From the NCBI GenBank assembly GCA_016873655.1, contig VGWI01000005.1, positions 1,455 through 65,454 of the forward strand: DNA of 64,000 nt, given 5' to 3'. The translations under genes were made by a program, and so were the position numbers. The stretch's first letter is position 1; each line of letters begins with the position of its first letter. A model generated the notes under the pieces. It worked only from the letters and a program-made list of their open reading frames with translations. It searched no databases and was not told the DNA's origin. Shown piece by piece: positions 62,653-64,000 of the stretch. This DNA is from Lentisphaerota bacterium. GTDB taxonomy: Bacteria > Verrucomicrobiota > Kiritimatiellia > UBA8416 > VGWI01.

Positions 62653-64000
62653 GACATGCCAATATCCGAGAAGGCCGTAAAGACGATCACCTTGCGGTTT
62701 CCGTCATTCAGGGGGGCGTCGATCTTGCCCTGTATCAGCCGCTTCAGTTCCTGAAACTTGGCGTCCCGGTCCGGCGTAACAGCCGCGGCCTTTTCATGGA
62801 TGGCGATAAGCTGCTTGCGATCCTTGTTGAGATCCCTCTTCCACTTCTTGCGGTCGATGTGCTCCAACTTGATCTGGATCTTCTTCCCGACCATCAGGCG
62901 TTCGAGCAGGGCGGCTTCCTCTTCCTCCCCCTGGTCCTTGAAAAGGTCCGGGCTGGTATACTTGTCCAGGTTGCCTTCGAAGTGATCGATCTTCTGCAGG
63001 AGATCGTCGATCTTCTTGATCGTGCGGTCGATGGAGACTTCGAAGCTGTGGATACTGCTTTCAAGCCGCTTGAGGTAGTTCGTCCGCATCATGCCGATAA
63101 GGTAGAACTCGCGCTGCTTCTGGTCTTGCAGGACCGATACGTCTTCCGCCGCATCCGGGTACTGTGAAATGGCGTCCGGCAGGATGTACGCCGTCGGGTT
63201 GAAGATGGTCAGCTTGTATTCCGAGATGGCTGAGTGCAGTTCATCGTACGACGGGAAATAGCCTTTCAGGTCCGTGACAGGATGCAGGGCGATCGGTTTG
63301 AGCCGCCTCGGGAACTCGCCAATGCCCTTGCTTCCGTAGTAGTCGATGATGTGCTTCCGGGATCGGGAGATCGTCAGCTCATCGAGCAGTTTGAAGAAGG
63401 TGGAGTCCAGGGCATCGAGCAAGCGGTTCACTTTGCGATCGGGGTTCTTCTTCGGATCGGCCCACTGCGTGAACTGGGTTTGGGCGTTCTTCATCACCTG
63501 CGAGATGCTTGAAACCTGCAGAGAGTCCTGGAAAGCCGTGTCCACGTCCTGCGTGATGAGAAGGAGCTGGTTTCGGAGATCCTTGAGACTGTTGTTGACC
63601 GGGGTCGCGGAAAGGAGCAGCACTTTCGTATCCACCCCGGTCTGGAGAACGCGATCCATAAGGAACTCATAGCGTGTGATTCGGCGTGTGCCGTCTTCGC
63701 GTTCCGTGCCCCGCGCGCTGTTCCGGAAATTGTGCGACTCGTCAATGACCACCAGGTCGTAATTGCCCCAGTTGTGGGTTTCGTAGGTGTCCCGCCCGAG
63801 GTCGGTATGCGCGAGGACTCGATACGCGAAACGGTCTCCCAGCAGCGGGTTCCGCGTGTCGTTCTCGCGGTAGATGTTCCAGTTGTCTTCGAGTTTCTTG
63901 GGGCAGAGAACAAGCACCCGGCCGTTGAGTAACTCGAAGTACTTGATGACGGCCAGCGCCTCGAATGTCTTCCCCAGGCCCACGCTATCGGCAACGATGC
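62649..64000 (-). pseudogene. SNF2-family helicase, 5' end outside the window, apparently truncated before the helicase C-terminal lobe
   Basis: (I)VADSVGLGKT motif I at the window edge, VVIDESHNFRN motif II, LLLSATPVNN motif III, and a long insertion. The ORF stops at ...NRKVIVFTAFSDIGMS, exactly where motif IV (helicase C) normally begins. GC is visibly lower than in flanking DNA. Confidence 0.6.

Overview
The window is GC-rich by eye (not computed) and reads as bacterial chromosome. Genes are tightly packed, mostly on the minus strand, and many adjacent genes overlap by 4 nt (ATGA or GTGA), which I used to place start codons. The ORF track also writes GTG and TTG starts as M.

Gene content, left to right:
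- 81-6331: an ArsR-controlled RND efflux operon.
- 6625-8914: a membrane-anchored thioredoxin followed by a large transglutaminase-like protein.
- 9140-9502: a 1Fe superoxide reductase.
- 9542-17181: an accessory RiPP cassette. It has two radical-SAM/SPASM enzymes, a PqqD-like chaperone, an HPr-kinase-like protein, a peptidase fused to a nucleotidyltransferase, an ABC exporter, and a 69-aa Cys-rich precursor whose GTG start the ORF track does not call.
- 17205-21589: a five-subunit Rnf/Nqr hybrid operon with no NqrA, RnfB or RnfC.
- 21850-29486: rubredoxin (too short for the ORF track), a TIGR02757-like protein, CutA, a B12-binding radical SAM enzyme, a two-component module, tRNA-Gly(CCC) and a TPR membrane protein.
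- 29483-37468: thiD, argG-argD-argB-argJ, a DEAD-box helicase, rpsI and rplM.
- 37566-48437: a complete T2SS-like cluster (gspE, F, G, H, I, J, K, L-like, M-like, D).
- 48465-52138: redox enzymes, an orphan HicB and a DUF1848 protein.
- 52213-58241: a DeoR-regulated 2-oxoacid dehydrogenase operon with a fused E1 alpha-beta subunit.
- 58525 to the window end: tRNA-Ser(GGA), then an accessory island.

The island begins with a GIY-YIG gene bracketed by a duplicated 3' half of tRNA-Ser. It continues with a minus-strand operon: EVE protein, 48-aa ORF, HigB, a HigA::ImmA fusion, and an EVE-like::PD-(D/E)xK nuclease. It ends with a visibly lower-GC segment holding a 3'-truncated SNF2 helicase.

The two best candidates for an undescribed system are the RiPP cassette (9.5-17.2 kb) and the twin-EVE/toxin/protease/nuclease operon (59.2-62.3 kb). 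I saw no rRNA, CRISPR array, transposase or integrase. All family assignments come from motif recognition by eye; no searches were run.
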